This document shows positions 43,888 through 57,241 of a stretch of DNA of 64,000 nt, piece after piece (the stretch's first letter is position 1; the number at the start of each line of letters is the position of its first letter). Origin of the DNA: the human T2T-CHM13v2.0 reference genome, Homo sapiens; assembly GCF_009914755.1 (NCBI RefSeq), contig NC_060936.1, one strand, 5' to 3'. Below the pieces are notes generated by a model. The model was not told the DNA's origin. It made no database searches and saw only the letters and a program-made list of their open reading frames with translations. Both the position numbers and the translations under genes were made by a program.

Positions 43888-46800
43888 GTTAGCTAATAAA
43901 TACCTAGTGAGGGATTAATATGCAAATGATATATGGTGAAAACATAGATTACAATAATGAGCCCATTGCCCATATGTCATTTACCTTACTTTTAGGATAT
44001 CTGGCTTGTATATCAGTTTTTAAAGTAGGGCCTGAAAACTGACAGCCTGCAGGACTAATATGGCCCACAGACAGGTTTGGTTTGGCTTGCACAATTGTTT
44101 TAAAACTCAGAAACTTTACACTAAAATCCATACTTAGCAGCACCTCTTTAAAAACTGAAAGTTATGGCAACATGTTGACACATTAACAATTTATTGGAGC
44201 CACCATCTCCCATTGCCTTATACCAGAACTGTTTCACTCATGTATATTGCTTGTCTAATCCCTTTAGGAATTTGTGTTTTCCACCATTATAAAAGTGTCT
44301 GTCTTCGTAAATAGGTTCCATGAAAGGGGAATCATAATCATACCTGTTCCTAGGCTCTGTTGGTGGGATGTGCTTGGGCAGTTGTATTTATTATAATGTT
44401 ACCTCTCACTCCACCTCTCCACTTCTCACCCTGGGTTGACTTTTGACTTCACCAGAAATGGCACCTGAATCAGAGGTGGCCCATCCTGAAGCTTGCCAGA
44501 GACTTCTGGCCAGACAAGAAAGAGTGAACAAGGATAATCACATTCTTTGCTCAGAGTTTGGAATTAGAAAGCTGAGCAACTGTTTCTAGTTAGTGACGGA
44601 GAAAATTGGAGACATTGCAAAATGCGCTTAGCATCACAGCAAGTCAAAGCCCTATGCAAGCTGAGCCGGGTGGTAGAGAAAGTCCTTGGAGAGGGGAAAA
44701 TGGACTTCATGCACTGAAAGAGCCAGTGATAAGACACAAGGTTGCCCTGAAAGGCTGAGAGCACAGCTTTGTCCCCTTGAGTTCATTCTCAATTCTAGTT
44801 CTGGTGAAACCTAATGGACTTGGTTTCCAATCCTTGGATGTACCTGACTTAGAAAAACTTTTCCCCAGTCATCCTATATCCACCCTTCTTCTTAGGGAAA
44901 TAATTCACTGAATTTCCTTAAGGGAACCATTCCACTATGAGAACTAAGATTACCTGAGAATGAATCCTATGCACAGGGGAGAGAAGACTTACACCCTAAA
45001 TATTTCAGATGTTTCCTATTTCTCCAGAAATGCTTTTACTCATCAGAAGGCTCTCTAAGCCTTCACTCAGTGTATCTGCCTATATTTAAGGCATAGTTGG
45101 GAAATAAAATAATTACGAAAATACATTTTGTAAGTGTTTATCGAGCATCATCTGTATATGATCCAATATGGTAAAGACTGAGAGGGAAACAAAGATGACC
45201 CAATTTCCTGCACTCAAGGGGCTTACAATCTAATTTGTAAGACAAAAAATGTATATGAATTGCTATTCATATTGCAGAATGAAATAAACAGTACAGTAAA
45301 TAGTTGCAGATCCTTAGAGTCCTTAGGAGAGAGAGAGGAGGAAGTTATTCTCTTTAATGGAGGTTAGGGGGCTGCTTGGTAATCTGGCTTCCTGGCAATG
45401 AGGGGAGGCAATGATAGTTGGAGAACAATTTACGAGGAGACACAGACAACAGGGCAATGTTGATGGACATGAAGGGAGGCGACAGGAAAAAAAGAATATA
45501 AGAGATCTGGAAGTACAGCAGGACAGAGAGAATAATCTCTTTCATAAGAACCCTGGGGCATCGCTGGATGACATACTATTGCCCCCACCACCGTAGCACC
45601 AACACTGGGTATCGAGAAGGCTCAGAGGAGCAAAACGTCACCATGGATTTGGAATTCTTCCCAAGGGGACCTGCCTTCAATGGGGCTGTGAAGCTTTGTT
45701 TACATTTTAGAAGAGGGTGAGATGCAGCAAGAGCCTCCTGATTGAAAGGAACCATGGGAACAAAGGCATAGGAAGGCAAATTCAGGGGCAGTATTGTGTG
45801 CTGGGGGAGAGGGAGCGTGAGCAGACAAGCCTAACTGGATTGATCATTCACAGTGAAGAGTGCTGGAAAAACGCTGTTGATAAGGCTGTCTGGAGCCGGC
45901 CTGTGGAAGGCCTTGGATTGCAGGACAAAGGGTTTGGACTTGATCCTGGAGGCAGTGGGAGCCAGAGAAGACTGGGGCAAAGGGTTTACTTGATGGAAGA
46001 GTTCCTCATTCACTAAAGAAAAGCACCAGCACAGCTCATTTTTCTCCTTAGAAAACAATCACAGAATTTAGTTTTAGATGCACCCCCAACTCAGGGAAAA
46101 GCATATACCAGCCCCTGCAAAGTCTCCCGGGGGGAGTTCATGAGTTCAGACTCAAAGCACAAGATGTGTTTTACTTGGCATTTAAGCATTTCTATGGGTG
46201 ATGCATGTCCTCAAACGAGGACAGACCGATATGATTATACACTTTATATCAGCTGATTCTCAGTGGTGCCCTTCCTCTCCACCATTCAGTCTCTGACCCC
46301 TCCACTTCCAGATATCCAGAGTAAAATGGTTATAAGACAGATTGTATAATTTCTTGGTGGCATCTGTGTGGTGTAGATTCTCCGGGTAAGGGCTTTGCAA
46401 GAACTGAACTACTGTTTTCTCAAGCTCTCGAGGTCTCAATTAGTCCTTAGCAGTGGATGAAAACACCTAGCATCCTGTCTGGCAGTGGGGCCTGGCACAT
46501 GGCAGGAACTCAGCCAGAACTTGTTAGTAACAGTGTTTATGATACACAGGGTTGTAAACTGAAACTTTTGATGTATTTCTTCTTTCTTTCTCCCTTCCTT
46601 CTTGCTCACTTACTTCCCACTTCATTTCTCTTTCATTTCAGCTTTTCTATTCAGCTCATTCTTGTTTCTTCCCCCTTCGTTCCCTCTTTTCTTTTTACTT
46701 TCTATCTCCTTGTAACTTTCCTTTCTCTACAGGAACTGGGAAAGACAAGGGTGTGTGGGCGGTCATGGCTCCCCTCCAAGGAAAGTGTGAGGCTTTGGGC

Positions 46801-47752
46801 AAAATAGATCTCTCATTTCTTCCAAACATAGGTCTAATCTGAACTGTCTCCAGGCTCTAGTCTCCAATCCAACTTCAGTGGTTTTAGTTGGACTCCATGA
46901 GAAGGGACCCCAGGGATGCTGTGTCTTTAGTCTTGTCTTGGAGAAACCCAGCTTTCCATGCGTCTACTTGTCTCGCAGACTGGGGCACCCACGTTCCCTT
47001 TCCTCAAGTCACCAGCGCCTCAGAGAGACTCTTCAGAGTGAAATGCCTGGCTGAAGAGAAGCAGGACTTCATTAAGAGTTTGATTTATCCCCAAATGATC
47101 TATTGTTATGTATCAAACATGTTTTCCCTACAAACTAGTTGGCAGAGAGCACACAGATAAATTACTACAAGATGTAACCAGACAAGCTGTTCAAAAGGGA
47201 AATGGTTCTCTGTGTGTGGAGCTCAGGAGAGCACATCTATAAACATGTGTTGGGAAATCAATTTGGTGTAAGTTTGCAAAAGAAATGCACTGCTGTCCCC
47301 AAACTACCAGCTTGCTGTGATATCTGACTGTTCTTTTGAGATCGTAGTCCATTGTCACAGTGGTGAGGAAAGAGAGAGGTACAACCTACTCTGCAGTGTC
47401 TTCAAGGGGGAAGGAATACCAGGTTTTCCATAGGCAGTTGCAAATTCTCTCCCTAGGCACAAGTCAATTCATCCAATTCATTCTCTGGAGACAATAGGTT
47501 AGAGTAATTCTACCAACATATAACAACATTTAGTTGATGTTATGGTAATTTGAAAAGAATTATAGTAACATAATGCTACAGCACAGTACTATGTAGTGTG
47601 ATGTGGAAGAAAACCCCCGGGTGTGGCTTCAGAGAGAGAAGTGTGTAAATCCCTTCCTGACCATGTGCAACTTGCTAGTTTGGTGACCCTTGGAAAATTT
47701 CTTCACTTTTCTGAGATTTTTGTCCTTTTTCTATGAAGCAGTTAAGTGTATA

Positions 47753-48089
47753 CAGGTTGAATATCCCTAACCCCAAAATCCAAAATCTGAAATGCTCCAA
47801 AATATGAAACTTTTAGGGCACGAACATTTCACCACAAGTGGAAAATTCCATGTATAAGTACTAAAACACACTTCAGTTCATGTACAAAATTATTAAAGAA
47901 ATACTGTATAAATTACCTTCAGGATAGGTGTATAAGGTCTACGTGAAACATAAATGAATTTCATGTTTAGACTTGGAGCCCATCCCAAGATATCTCATTA
48001 TGTATATGCAAATATTCCAAAATCTGGAAAAAAATGGAAATCTGAAAGACCTTTAGTCTCAACATTTCAGATAAAGGATACTCAACTTG
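47753..48089. mobile_element. Tigger4/Zombi-like (TcMar) non-autonomous element
   Basis: TIRs caggttgaatatccct / aaggatactcaacttg flanked by TA on both sides. Confidence 0.85.
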
Positions 48090-48818
48090 TACTACTTGCT
48101 TTGACAAGACTTGCAAGAATTACAGAACACATGCAACCTGTCCTATAACTGCACTGTGGCCAATAAATTAAAAGTGCTTACATTAATTCCTTAGTTCCTT
48201 CCTCACATGAGCTACATTTCGAGTGCTCAAGAGCCACATGGGGCTGTGGCTACTGTAATGAGCAGCACAAATATACAATATTTCCATTATTACATAAAGT
48301 TCCATTCAACAGTGTTGTCCTAGAACATGCCAGACACAAAGTTAGGTACTTTACACATAATTTTCTCTTGTTTCAAAATTTTCAAACACCTTGGCACATA
48401 CAGCTTAATTAAAAGTCCATCTACCCAGCAAATCTGGAGTGCCCTTTGATAATCTGTTGCACAAAACTGTCCAAGACTGACTCTACCTAGTATTCTAAGC
48501 TGGCTCAAGTCTACAAGGCATAGTGATTGCTGAAAAATTGGAGAAGGTCAAAAACAGAGGACTTCTGGGCCTTTACCAAATGCATATATATGAGAGACTT
48601 TGGCTGCAACCACAAAACATATCTCAGTAGAGATGACAATGAGAATAGAAAGAAAGTGGAATCAGCAAAGGAAAAAAATAGTCCTGTAGGAATAGCCACC
48701 AAATACTCTTGCTTTAAACATGGTGAGGACAGCCTAAGAAACCTTCTCATGATTCATGTAACAGTCTTGGAAAAATTCCACGGTAGATAAAAGCTACTCC
48801 AAGATATGTAGCTGAAGC

Positions 48819-48978
48819 TTAGGAAACTTTCTCAAGGTCAAAGCCGAGTTATTCCAAATTTGCTTTCATTTCATTGAAGACCATCTTGACTCTTTGGGGT
48901 GAGTCCAACACATCTATGCTGCAGCTGATCATATTGTAGCCTGCTGAGAAGGACCTCTTGATCTTCAGAGCACATTTC
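48819..48978 (-). pseudogene. TH2: Hydroxylase pseudo-exon C (terminal coding exon, 160 nt to the ancestral stop) with premature TAA; absent from the ORF track
   Basis: Acceptor cttatttttttctgccAG (48980-48979); the first G completes CA|G from exon B. It encodes 52 codons, collinear with recalled TH [52 protein letters not shown] (17/52 identical, including IDVLDSPQ). Premature TAA at 48851-48849; ancestral-position TAA at 48821-48819. Confidence 0.9.
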
Positions 48979-49049
48979 CTGGCAGAAAAAATAAGGCAAG
49001 CACAAGGTAAGGTTGCCTTCCACAAGCAAAAGTGAAAAGAACAAAAGCA

Positions 49050-49282
49050 ATAGCTACATTTGTTAAGTGCTTATTGTGTACCCTGTTCCATTAATATTAC
49101 ACTGGTCATCTGATTTAATCTTCACCATAACCTTATGAAGAAATATTAATAGCCCCATTTTATAGAGGAAGAATTGAGGCAATAAATGGCTAAGAACCAT
49201 CCAAGGTCACAAGCTAGTAAATGGTAGAGCCAGGACTTGACCCTGTGCAGTATAGCAAGAATTCACATTCTTAACCACTGTG
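49050..49282 (-). mobile_element. MIR in the last pseudogene intron
   Basis: atagctacatttgttaagtgctta...ccccattttatagaggaagaattgaggca...ccaaggtcacaagctagtaaatgg. Confidence 0.8.
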
Positions 49283-49616
49283 CCTGTTAGTGTAAGTGAT
49301 CTCTCTGGCTTTCTCATTTAAGTTTCTAAAAATAATGAATTCTTATACAATCTTTAGGGTTTTCCTTCTGCAGCTTTTCTGGTCATTGTAGAAAACAGCC
49401 GTACGTATTACATAAAATTATAGCATTAAAAATAATGATATAAATACTGCTTTTTTTGACAATGCATCTTATAGCTCGTATATAAGCAAGCATTTCACAA
49501 ATAAGTGAAAAATGCAAATAAGACAGTGAGATTGTTGTATCTTTGAAGGTGTGGGATCATTTTGTCTTGAATGTTTGAGTGAAGACATTGTCAAATGAAA
49601 ATGGGCACTTAGATGG

Positions 49617-49826
49617 GGAGGGTGGTCCACAAACTAAGATTTGTAGATCTGCTGCCTATTTTTGTAAATAAAGTTTTATTGGAACACAGCCACATCATTT
49701 TTAGATTGCCCATGTTTGGTTTTGCACTACAATGATACAGTCAAGTAATTGTGACAAACTGCATGACCCACGAAGCCTAAAATATTTACCATCTGGCCCT
49801 TTACAGAAAAAGTTTGCTTACCCCTG
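49617..49826. mobile_element. MER58A-like element
   Basis: tttgtaaataaagttttattggaacacagccac...aagcctaaaatatttaccatctggccctttacagaaaaagtttgcttacccctg. Confidence 0.85.
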
Positions 49827-52115
49827 ACTTAGATGACAGTGACAAAATTATGTTCTGATAGTCTGTCTTAACTTATATCTGTCATTTTCAGTTGGTTGAA
49901 AATGTGGGATTTCACTGGTACAATATCAATGAAATTTGACATTATTTAATTTTACATAACCCAAAACTGCAAATAAGAGGAGCTGACAGGTCAAATGGCT
50001 AACATTTATAATGAAGCATTGTTGCAGTTCTGAATTTGACAGCCAAAGGCAATCCTAAATAAGATAGAATGAGAAGCTGCTCCATGATTCTCCAACCTCT
50101 CGTCCACTTCTGTCTATACCTCTAATCACAAGTAATCATTGTCATTATTCTTGTTATTGTTTTATTTACAAGGGTTTCACCTTTCCGACCTATAAGTTTC
50201 TTGAGGTCAAAAGATTGCCCTTTCATTAGCCCGGAACTTGGCACAGTGTTTGGTAGGAGACGGGCACATAGTAGTAGCTGAATGAATAACTACATAGCAT
50301 TGAGTTAAAGAGTCCATGCTTAGGAGAGTTAGGGAAGCTGCTACAATACGGAGATGTTTGGGCAGAGTGCTATCTCAAAGACTGGGTGAGCCAGCAGTGA
50401 ATTCATAAAAGTCACAGGGTTATTACCTAACCAATATGCAAATATATCCCAGGCTAAGTGAGGAAATCATGGCTAACTTTTACTGATCACACATTATCCT
50501 CTAGAGACACACCTTTCTCAGCTCCTTACATTTATTTCATTTAATCTTCACGACGACTCAAGGAAATAGGTTATTCTGTTTATTTCATAAGTGAGGAAAT
50601 AGAGGCATAGAGAGGTTTATTACCTAATCCCAGCTTACCCAGCAAAAAAAAAAAAAAAGGTAGAAATCAGTCTTAAACCCAAGGAGTCTGAAACCAGAGA
50701 CAAAATTTTCAATAGTTATGCTATATTCTTCTCTATGTGGCTGTATCTGTGACTTCTTCCTCTTCAGTGGTTTCCAAGACATTCTATAGGGAGCTCTCTG
50801 AGAACATATATTTTTACTTTTCTAACAAAAACCAATTGCCCAAACCTAGTTTGTTGCATAACTATGTATTTTATTGCCAACTTCCTAGTAACTAGCCTAC
50901 ACAAAAATAAAGCATATCTGGTGAACAGGGATAGGCATAACATACTCTATTGCCTTTATATTTCCAGCACTCATTTGGAATTTACTCTGTTATGCTTTTC
51001 TATGAAATTAAAATTATACTCTTTCAAATTTTGAAATACTGGAAAACTTTAGATAAAAGTCCTTGCTAGCCATATCCCAGTCTTCTGTCCAGTAGAATCA
51101 ATATCACCCAGGAGCTTGTTAGACATGCAGAATCGAGGCCCCATCCCAGACTGACTGAATTGAAACCTGCATTTTAACAAGCTGACCAGGTGATTTATAT
51201 GCACTTTAAAGTCTGAGAAATATTGACTCTGTCATGGCAGAATGATTACCATTGATTCCCCCAAAGAGAACAATTTGGGTACCTCTGGTTAGATGGGAAA
51301 GAGAGGCAGGCTGATAAAAACCTGATATGCTTGGGGCAGAGGCCCCATCCTAGCTGTGAAAAGACCTAGTGGCTTATAGCCCTGACTGCTTTTAAAAGCC
51401 CCAGAACCCAGGCTTCTCACCATACCAACTAATTTAGAACCTTTGAGGTGGGAACTATGTACCAGTATTTTTTAAAGATCCTGGGGTGAAGGTTAGTCCC
51501 TCTGTTGGAAATGGGTGTTCTTTGTAGGAGAGGAGGGAATGTGCCTCTATTTGCCCTCTTCAGCTGGGGAACTGACACTCACCTTTAATGTCTCAGTTTA
51601 TGCCTTAATGTTTTTTTCCTCCAGGAAGTCTGAATTAGGTGCCCCTGCGTGCTCCACAGCACCTACGTTACTTTTATCAAAAGCTATTGTAATTTCCTGT
51701 GTACTTTTTTCTGTGTCCCATTTGCCTCAAAATTTCATGATGGCAACACAGTAGCCATCTTGCTCACATGTGAACAACAGCTGCAGGAATGAGCACTCAG
51801 TGCACACTGATCATGTGCCAGTCCCTGTGCCTCTATTACCTTAGTTAAGACCCATTGCAACCCTCTTATCATCTCCATTTTCCAGGTGACAATTGAAGAT
51901 TTAAGAAAGTGAACTTGCCTCAGGTCACACTGCTTAGAAGTCCTTGGCGCTATTTTCAGTTCCTGGCACCTAGTAGGGTGTTCAATAAAGATTTGTTGAG
52001 TGAAAGAATAGAGGCATGAGCTATTGTCTTTTCAAGCCTGCCCACACCTTCTGTGGTGGAATTAAAGCCACACTGAGATTTCCTCCCCCTACTCTCCACC
52101 CCATCCCACACTCAC

Positions 52116-52249
52116 TGGAGCTCAGCCTTGACATCTTTTAAGTTCTCTGCCACAAAATAGATGGGCTGAAAGTCCCAATCTTTATATGCCTGGATGGCAG
52201 CAGCTTCTGCATCAAAGGGCTTGTATTCTGGCTTGTTTGACAGAATGTG
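52116..52249 (-). pseudogene. TH2: Hydroxylase pseudo-exon B (134 nt; equivalent to the penultimate TH exon / PAH exon 11) with mutated acceptor
   Basis: HILSNKPEYKPFDAEAAAIQAYKDWDFQPIYFVAENLKDVKAEL+CA vs recalled TH [44 protein letters not shown] gives 22/44 identities. Donor GTGAGT (52115-52110) is intact, phase 2. The polypyrimidine tract is present but ends ttttctttaAA|CAC instead of AG. Confidence 0.92.
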
Positions 52250-53383
52250 TTTAAAGAAAAAATCAAATGAGAGCGAAGAGACCAGATGTATAAAATTTTC
52301 CAAAGTATTTACTTTCAGCTTAGAGTCTCAAGCTGTGTTTCTCAACCTGAAGGCGGAGGACATAGTGTGGGAGGATTAGGGCATGGAATTGTGCAAAGGA
52401 CCTTAATCCTCAGCCATGTCATATATTTTCTTGGAGTGGAAATAAGCTTTATTCTCCACTCCTAGATGTACTGTTGGATTGTAATACTGTCATAACAAAT
52501 AAAATGCGAGCTCATTTAAAATTATCAAATCCATATTAGCTTTCCATCATCTTAGTAAGTACAAACAGCAGCGCTAATACATTTTGTGGGGTCCAGTGGG
52601 GATTTTTGAAGTTATTACTAGTAATAAAAATTCCAAATATATATTTACTGTGCAATGTACTGTGAATGCAGATTATCTCATATAATTCTCCATCAGCCCT
52701 TTGAGGTAGGCACTATTATTCTTGCTTTATACATGAGGATCACAAGATATTTAAAAACAGTGGTAATCGTATTTCCTGCTTAATAGTGTAATGGAGAGTA
52801 AACAGCTGGGGAACTCTGTCAGGTCAGTGCCAGAATGCCCTCCCCCACCAAAAATGAATCCATGGAGGCTCAGACAGCTTGGAGTGGGAGATGGGGAATG
52901 CTAATAACTATGCCTGGAAGTGACAGGGAGCCTCATGTAGACTGACAGAGTCTAAAATTTGGGAGTGGGTAGTAAGCCAGCAGGGAGGTGGCAGATGCCC
53001 AGACTATTTAGCAGGGCCTAGAATGGGTGTCTTAGGATGAGAATGGTACCTGTCTAAGGCAAATGAGTTATCACCTTGGGTTGGATGTGGAGAATATGTA
53101 TGGACCTCCAATGTCTAGAAAGAGCGCTTCACATTTACAAGTATTCACTGAGTCCCTACTGTGTTCTGCGCACAATGCAAGTGGCTGGAATACGGTTCTG
53201 AGCAAAAGAGATATGGTTTCTGCCTTAATCAGACTTGTTTAGAGAAACTGTTCAAATATTTACATGAGGCACAACAAAACTGTAGCAAGTGTGATGAAGG
53301 AAAGGTACAAGGTGCTATACAAGCATCCAATAGCAGAATCTGATTTCATTTGGGGGTCTCAGAAAAGGCTTTCCTGAAGAAGT

Positions 53384-53541
53384 ACTGGAGAGAGAGGAGA
53401 GCATTTCTGGCAAAGGGAATACTGGTGCCTAGATCCAATCCCCAGAGGTTCTAAATTGATTGATATGGTGATGAGCCTGGTCTTTTAAAAGGGAACAGCT
53501 CTTGGGAACTGGAGAGAGAGGAGAGCATTTCTGGCAAAGGG
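53384..53541. repeat. Perfect 34-bp direct repeat flanking a 90-bp insert
   Basis: actggagagagaggagagcatttctggcaaaggg at 53384-53417 and 53508-53541. Confidence 0.95.
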
Positions 53542-54049
53542 CCCCGAGGTAGAAGGAAGATAATACATTTGAGAAAGTGAAAGAAAGCCAATATGTCTTG
53601 AGCTCAGTGTGGGTGAGAAAAATACTTCTGTCTCGGAGGAGGTGAGACTCTGCACCAGCTATATAGATAGAGACTTTGACCCCAGAAAACAAGACAGGGA
53701 ATGAACCATTGAAACCTGAGCCCACGAGAAGACTAGAAGGGCTAAGGCTATTGAAGTATGAGTCTGAACTTCAATTTGTCATCGCAAAGGATGCAGGTGG
53801 TCCCAGTGTAGCCCTCAGTATACTGCCTGACAAGTGTGCAGGCAGCATGTACCCTGCTTAGGGCCAGGAAAGTTGTTTCAGACCTAGCTCCACCTCCTTC
53901 TCAATTTGGTATTACTGGGATTCTGCTGACCCCATTGTATTGCTTAGAACATTGCTACTCAAATTGGAGTCTTAGACTGACAGAATTTCTAGAGGTGGGG
54001 ACTGGGAGTTGTGTCGAGTGATCCTTATGTAGTTAAACTTTTGGTAATG

Positions 54050-54578
54050 GTGGTTTAGAAATGTGATCTTCAACCTTAACTGCACACTAGTGACCTAGAA
54101 GATCTTTAAAATTATTGATGCCTCAGCACCACCCCCACAGTTCCTGATTTAATTGCTCAGAATGTTTGTTGGGCATTGAGAATTTTGAAAGCTCTTCAGA
54201 TGACAGTAATGTTCAGCTAGATTTGAGAACCACAGATTTAGAGGCTAGTTCCCAAATGCCAGTCCACAGATCAGCTGTATCAGAAATATCTGGAGTGCTT
54301 ATAAAGAAATCGCCAGCCCTACTTCAGACCTAACATGCCAGAATTTCAAAGGGTAAAGCCCAAGAATAGGTACTTGAAAATATTTATCCTGACACTGAAA
54401 ACAAATATGGGACCACCACGTGATTTTTGAACCTATCTGGGCTTGGGAGGCCCTGATTTAGATTGAGGCATCTGAAACTGTAATCTGATTCAGTCTGTGG
54501 CGGCGTCCAAGGTTCTGCATGTTTAACAAGTTTTAAGGTTGTGCTGCTCGTCTGAGGACCACACTGCAAGCAGCAAGG
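54050..54578. mobile_element. Cluster of MER5-like hAT fragments
   Basis: Repeated MER5 motifs (gatttgagaaccac, catgtttaacaag, gaggaccacact). Confidence 0.6.
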
Positions 54579-57241
54579 GTTCAGGAGACCCAGAGGAAAG
54601 AATGGGCAGCTTTAATTTAAAATCTGTAAAGGGCTGTACCTGAAATCTATTAGCACAAGGGACCCTATTTTCATGGCCCTCTCTCTTTACCAGACCACTT
54701 TCTTTAGGGCAAGGATTGGGCCATTATCGTGTCTCCATTGCTAGCATCGAAACACAGTGCTCAGCACATGTTAGGAACACAATAAATGGGTTTTGAATTG
54801 ACTGAATACCATGACGTCCTTAGGGTCTAAGCTGTGGAGCCAGCTGAAGGTGAGACATTGCTATAATGCGGGCCTTCTGCCACTTCCAGTCATAAATTCC
54901 AATTGGACGGGGTCCAACGTGAAGCTGTGTGTTACCAAAGCCTCCTCTGTAGGGGGTAGGGTCAAAGCAGGCCTCTGAAATATTAATAATTCTGAGCAGT
55001 GACCACAGCTATGATATTTACAGACCCATGAAGCGCAAGAGACAGCCTGAGGTTGCTCACACAGCCAGAGACTCCAAGGACTTACTCTGCTCCAAATGGA
55101 GCATGTATATTGCCCAATCCTGCCAAAAGCCATACGGTTCATTAGCTTTTACTATACAGAGAAATGCGCCAGGCCTGGTGCTAAAATGACATGATAAAGC
55201 ATATTTGACAGCAATAGTCAGAGGAAAAGGCACAGTGGGAACGGAAGAGCTCTGTGGGACGTTGCTCATGCCTTTGGAACAGAAGAAAAATACCTCTGCC
55301 TCTCGATTTGGAGACCCAGGCTGGTTGGAATCTGACAAGGACTTATTACTTTAGAAACGTTTTTCAGGGATTTGATTTCATCCCCTGGATTCTCTTTGCC
55401 TGGTGATGGATGTTTTTCTCCTTAATATTTTTTGATGCTGTGACTATTTGTGTGGTTTGTGAGTTAGATATTGGGAGGGGGTCAGGAGAGGAAAAAGACA
55501 CAGAGAGAGAAAGAGTAAAAGACACAGAAAGACAAAGAGATAGAGAAGGGAGGGAGGAAGAAAAATGCCCACAACTGTAAGTGAGTGGAAAAGAGTGGAT
55601 GAAGAGCAGTGAGGAAAGGAGATGGGATGTCAGAGGAGGGTGGATGCTAGGAGGATCCAGGTCAGGGCCCTCCCTTCATTTGGGATGGATGGTCTTTATA
55701 CTTAAGGCTGGTCTTAGTGTGTTCTGATGGGTACTTATGTAATCTCTGTCTTCTTTCCAAGAGGCACAAAACTAGAATTTCTGGTCTCACCTTCAGTCCT
55801 AATAACTCTTTGCCTCCTGCCTTGCCATGAAATCTCTTCCCTAATTGTTTTTCTGCCACCATCACTCCTGTCCTTCCTATCAAAGACTACATGGTCTGGC
55901 TCAGGGACATTTACATTTATGTGTTAGAACTTTCTCAGGCTGTTATACCCCAACTTAATCTGGTCCTACCACACTTAAGTCTTTTGCCCATCTTCCCCCA
56001 GTGCCTTTGGCTCCCTTCTCTGGGCATAGCCTGAGACAGGGTTTCATGCTCTGCTTGGCCCACTCTCCACTCATCTGAGTACAGATTCTCCCTGGAATGT
56101 ATTCCAAATAGCCCAGTGTTTCCCAAAGTGTGTTTTCTGGACCATCTGCTTCAGAGTCATGGAGTTGGGGTAGAGAAAGGGAAAAAAGGGATTTTTTTTA
56201 ACATGCAGATTCCTGGGCTCGGTTCTCCAACCCCTAAACCAGACTGGGGACTGGAGGTGGGGGCAATTTTGAAAATATGCAGTTTTAATCCTTGACCCAG
56301 GATTGCGAAATATAGTAAAGTTTAAGAACCTCAGCAAGACCAGCCTTCTGGCTTCCCAGATTCTTTCTCCTTCAAGACCTGGCTCAGAAGATCAGAGACT
56401 CCCCTCCCGCAACACACAGGGTAATGTCAAAAGCCTGGGCCACACACCTTACACAAATCACTTAAACTCTCCAGGCCTTTCTCATCTTAAAGCAGGGGGC
56501 AGCATTGAAGTCACAAGTAGGAACAAGGACAGGACAGGTGACATCTAGACAGGAATGACGCTGGCCTGATGGGAATTAGGGGAACTGGAAGCTGCAAGCT
56601 TCAAGCAGGCAGCTGCTCCTCCAGTGCAGTCAATTGTGGCCAGATGGGAATGGGGCCCAGAGATGCCAAATCTTCTGAAATTTTTAGGGAAGCTAGAAAT
56701 CAGAATTTCTATGTAACATTTCCCAATTTTTTTTTTTTTATTCTCTGGCTAATTTCTTTTTAACGGGCCAAATAAAATTACACATGTGGGGCATATTTTA
56801 GCTGTTGAGTCCACATTTGCAATCTCCAGACTAAGGCTCCCTAAGGTTGCTTTCCACACGAGAGTCCTGGCATACGGCGATCCTGAAGCCCCCTGGTTAA
56901 ACAGGTTGTTCTGTTGCTGGTTGGAGCTTCCCAGCTGATCCCTCTGCTTTCCAGGAAAACCCCACAGCTCCCCTTGTTCTAAGAATCACTAAGGTTCTCA
57001 AAGCTTAGTGTGCATCACAGTCACTTGGAGGGCTTAGTTAAAACACAGCTTGTTGGGTCCTACCCGCAAAGTTTGCGATTCACAATGTCTGAGTTAGGAC
57101 TTGAGAATCTGCGCTTCTTACAGACTCCCAGCTGCTGAAGCTGCTGGTCCAGTGTTGGCACGTTGAGAACCATGGCTGTAGACCCATTACTCACTACTTG
57201 TTACCTATGATGTTTGCTTTCTCCTTAAAACCAGCACTCAG

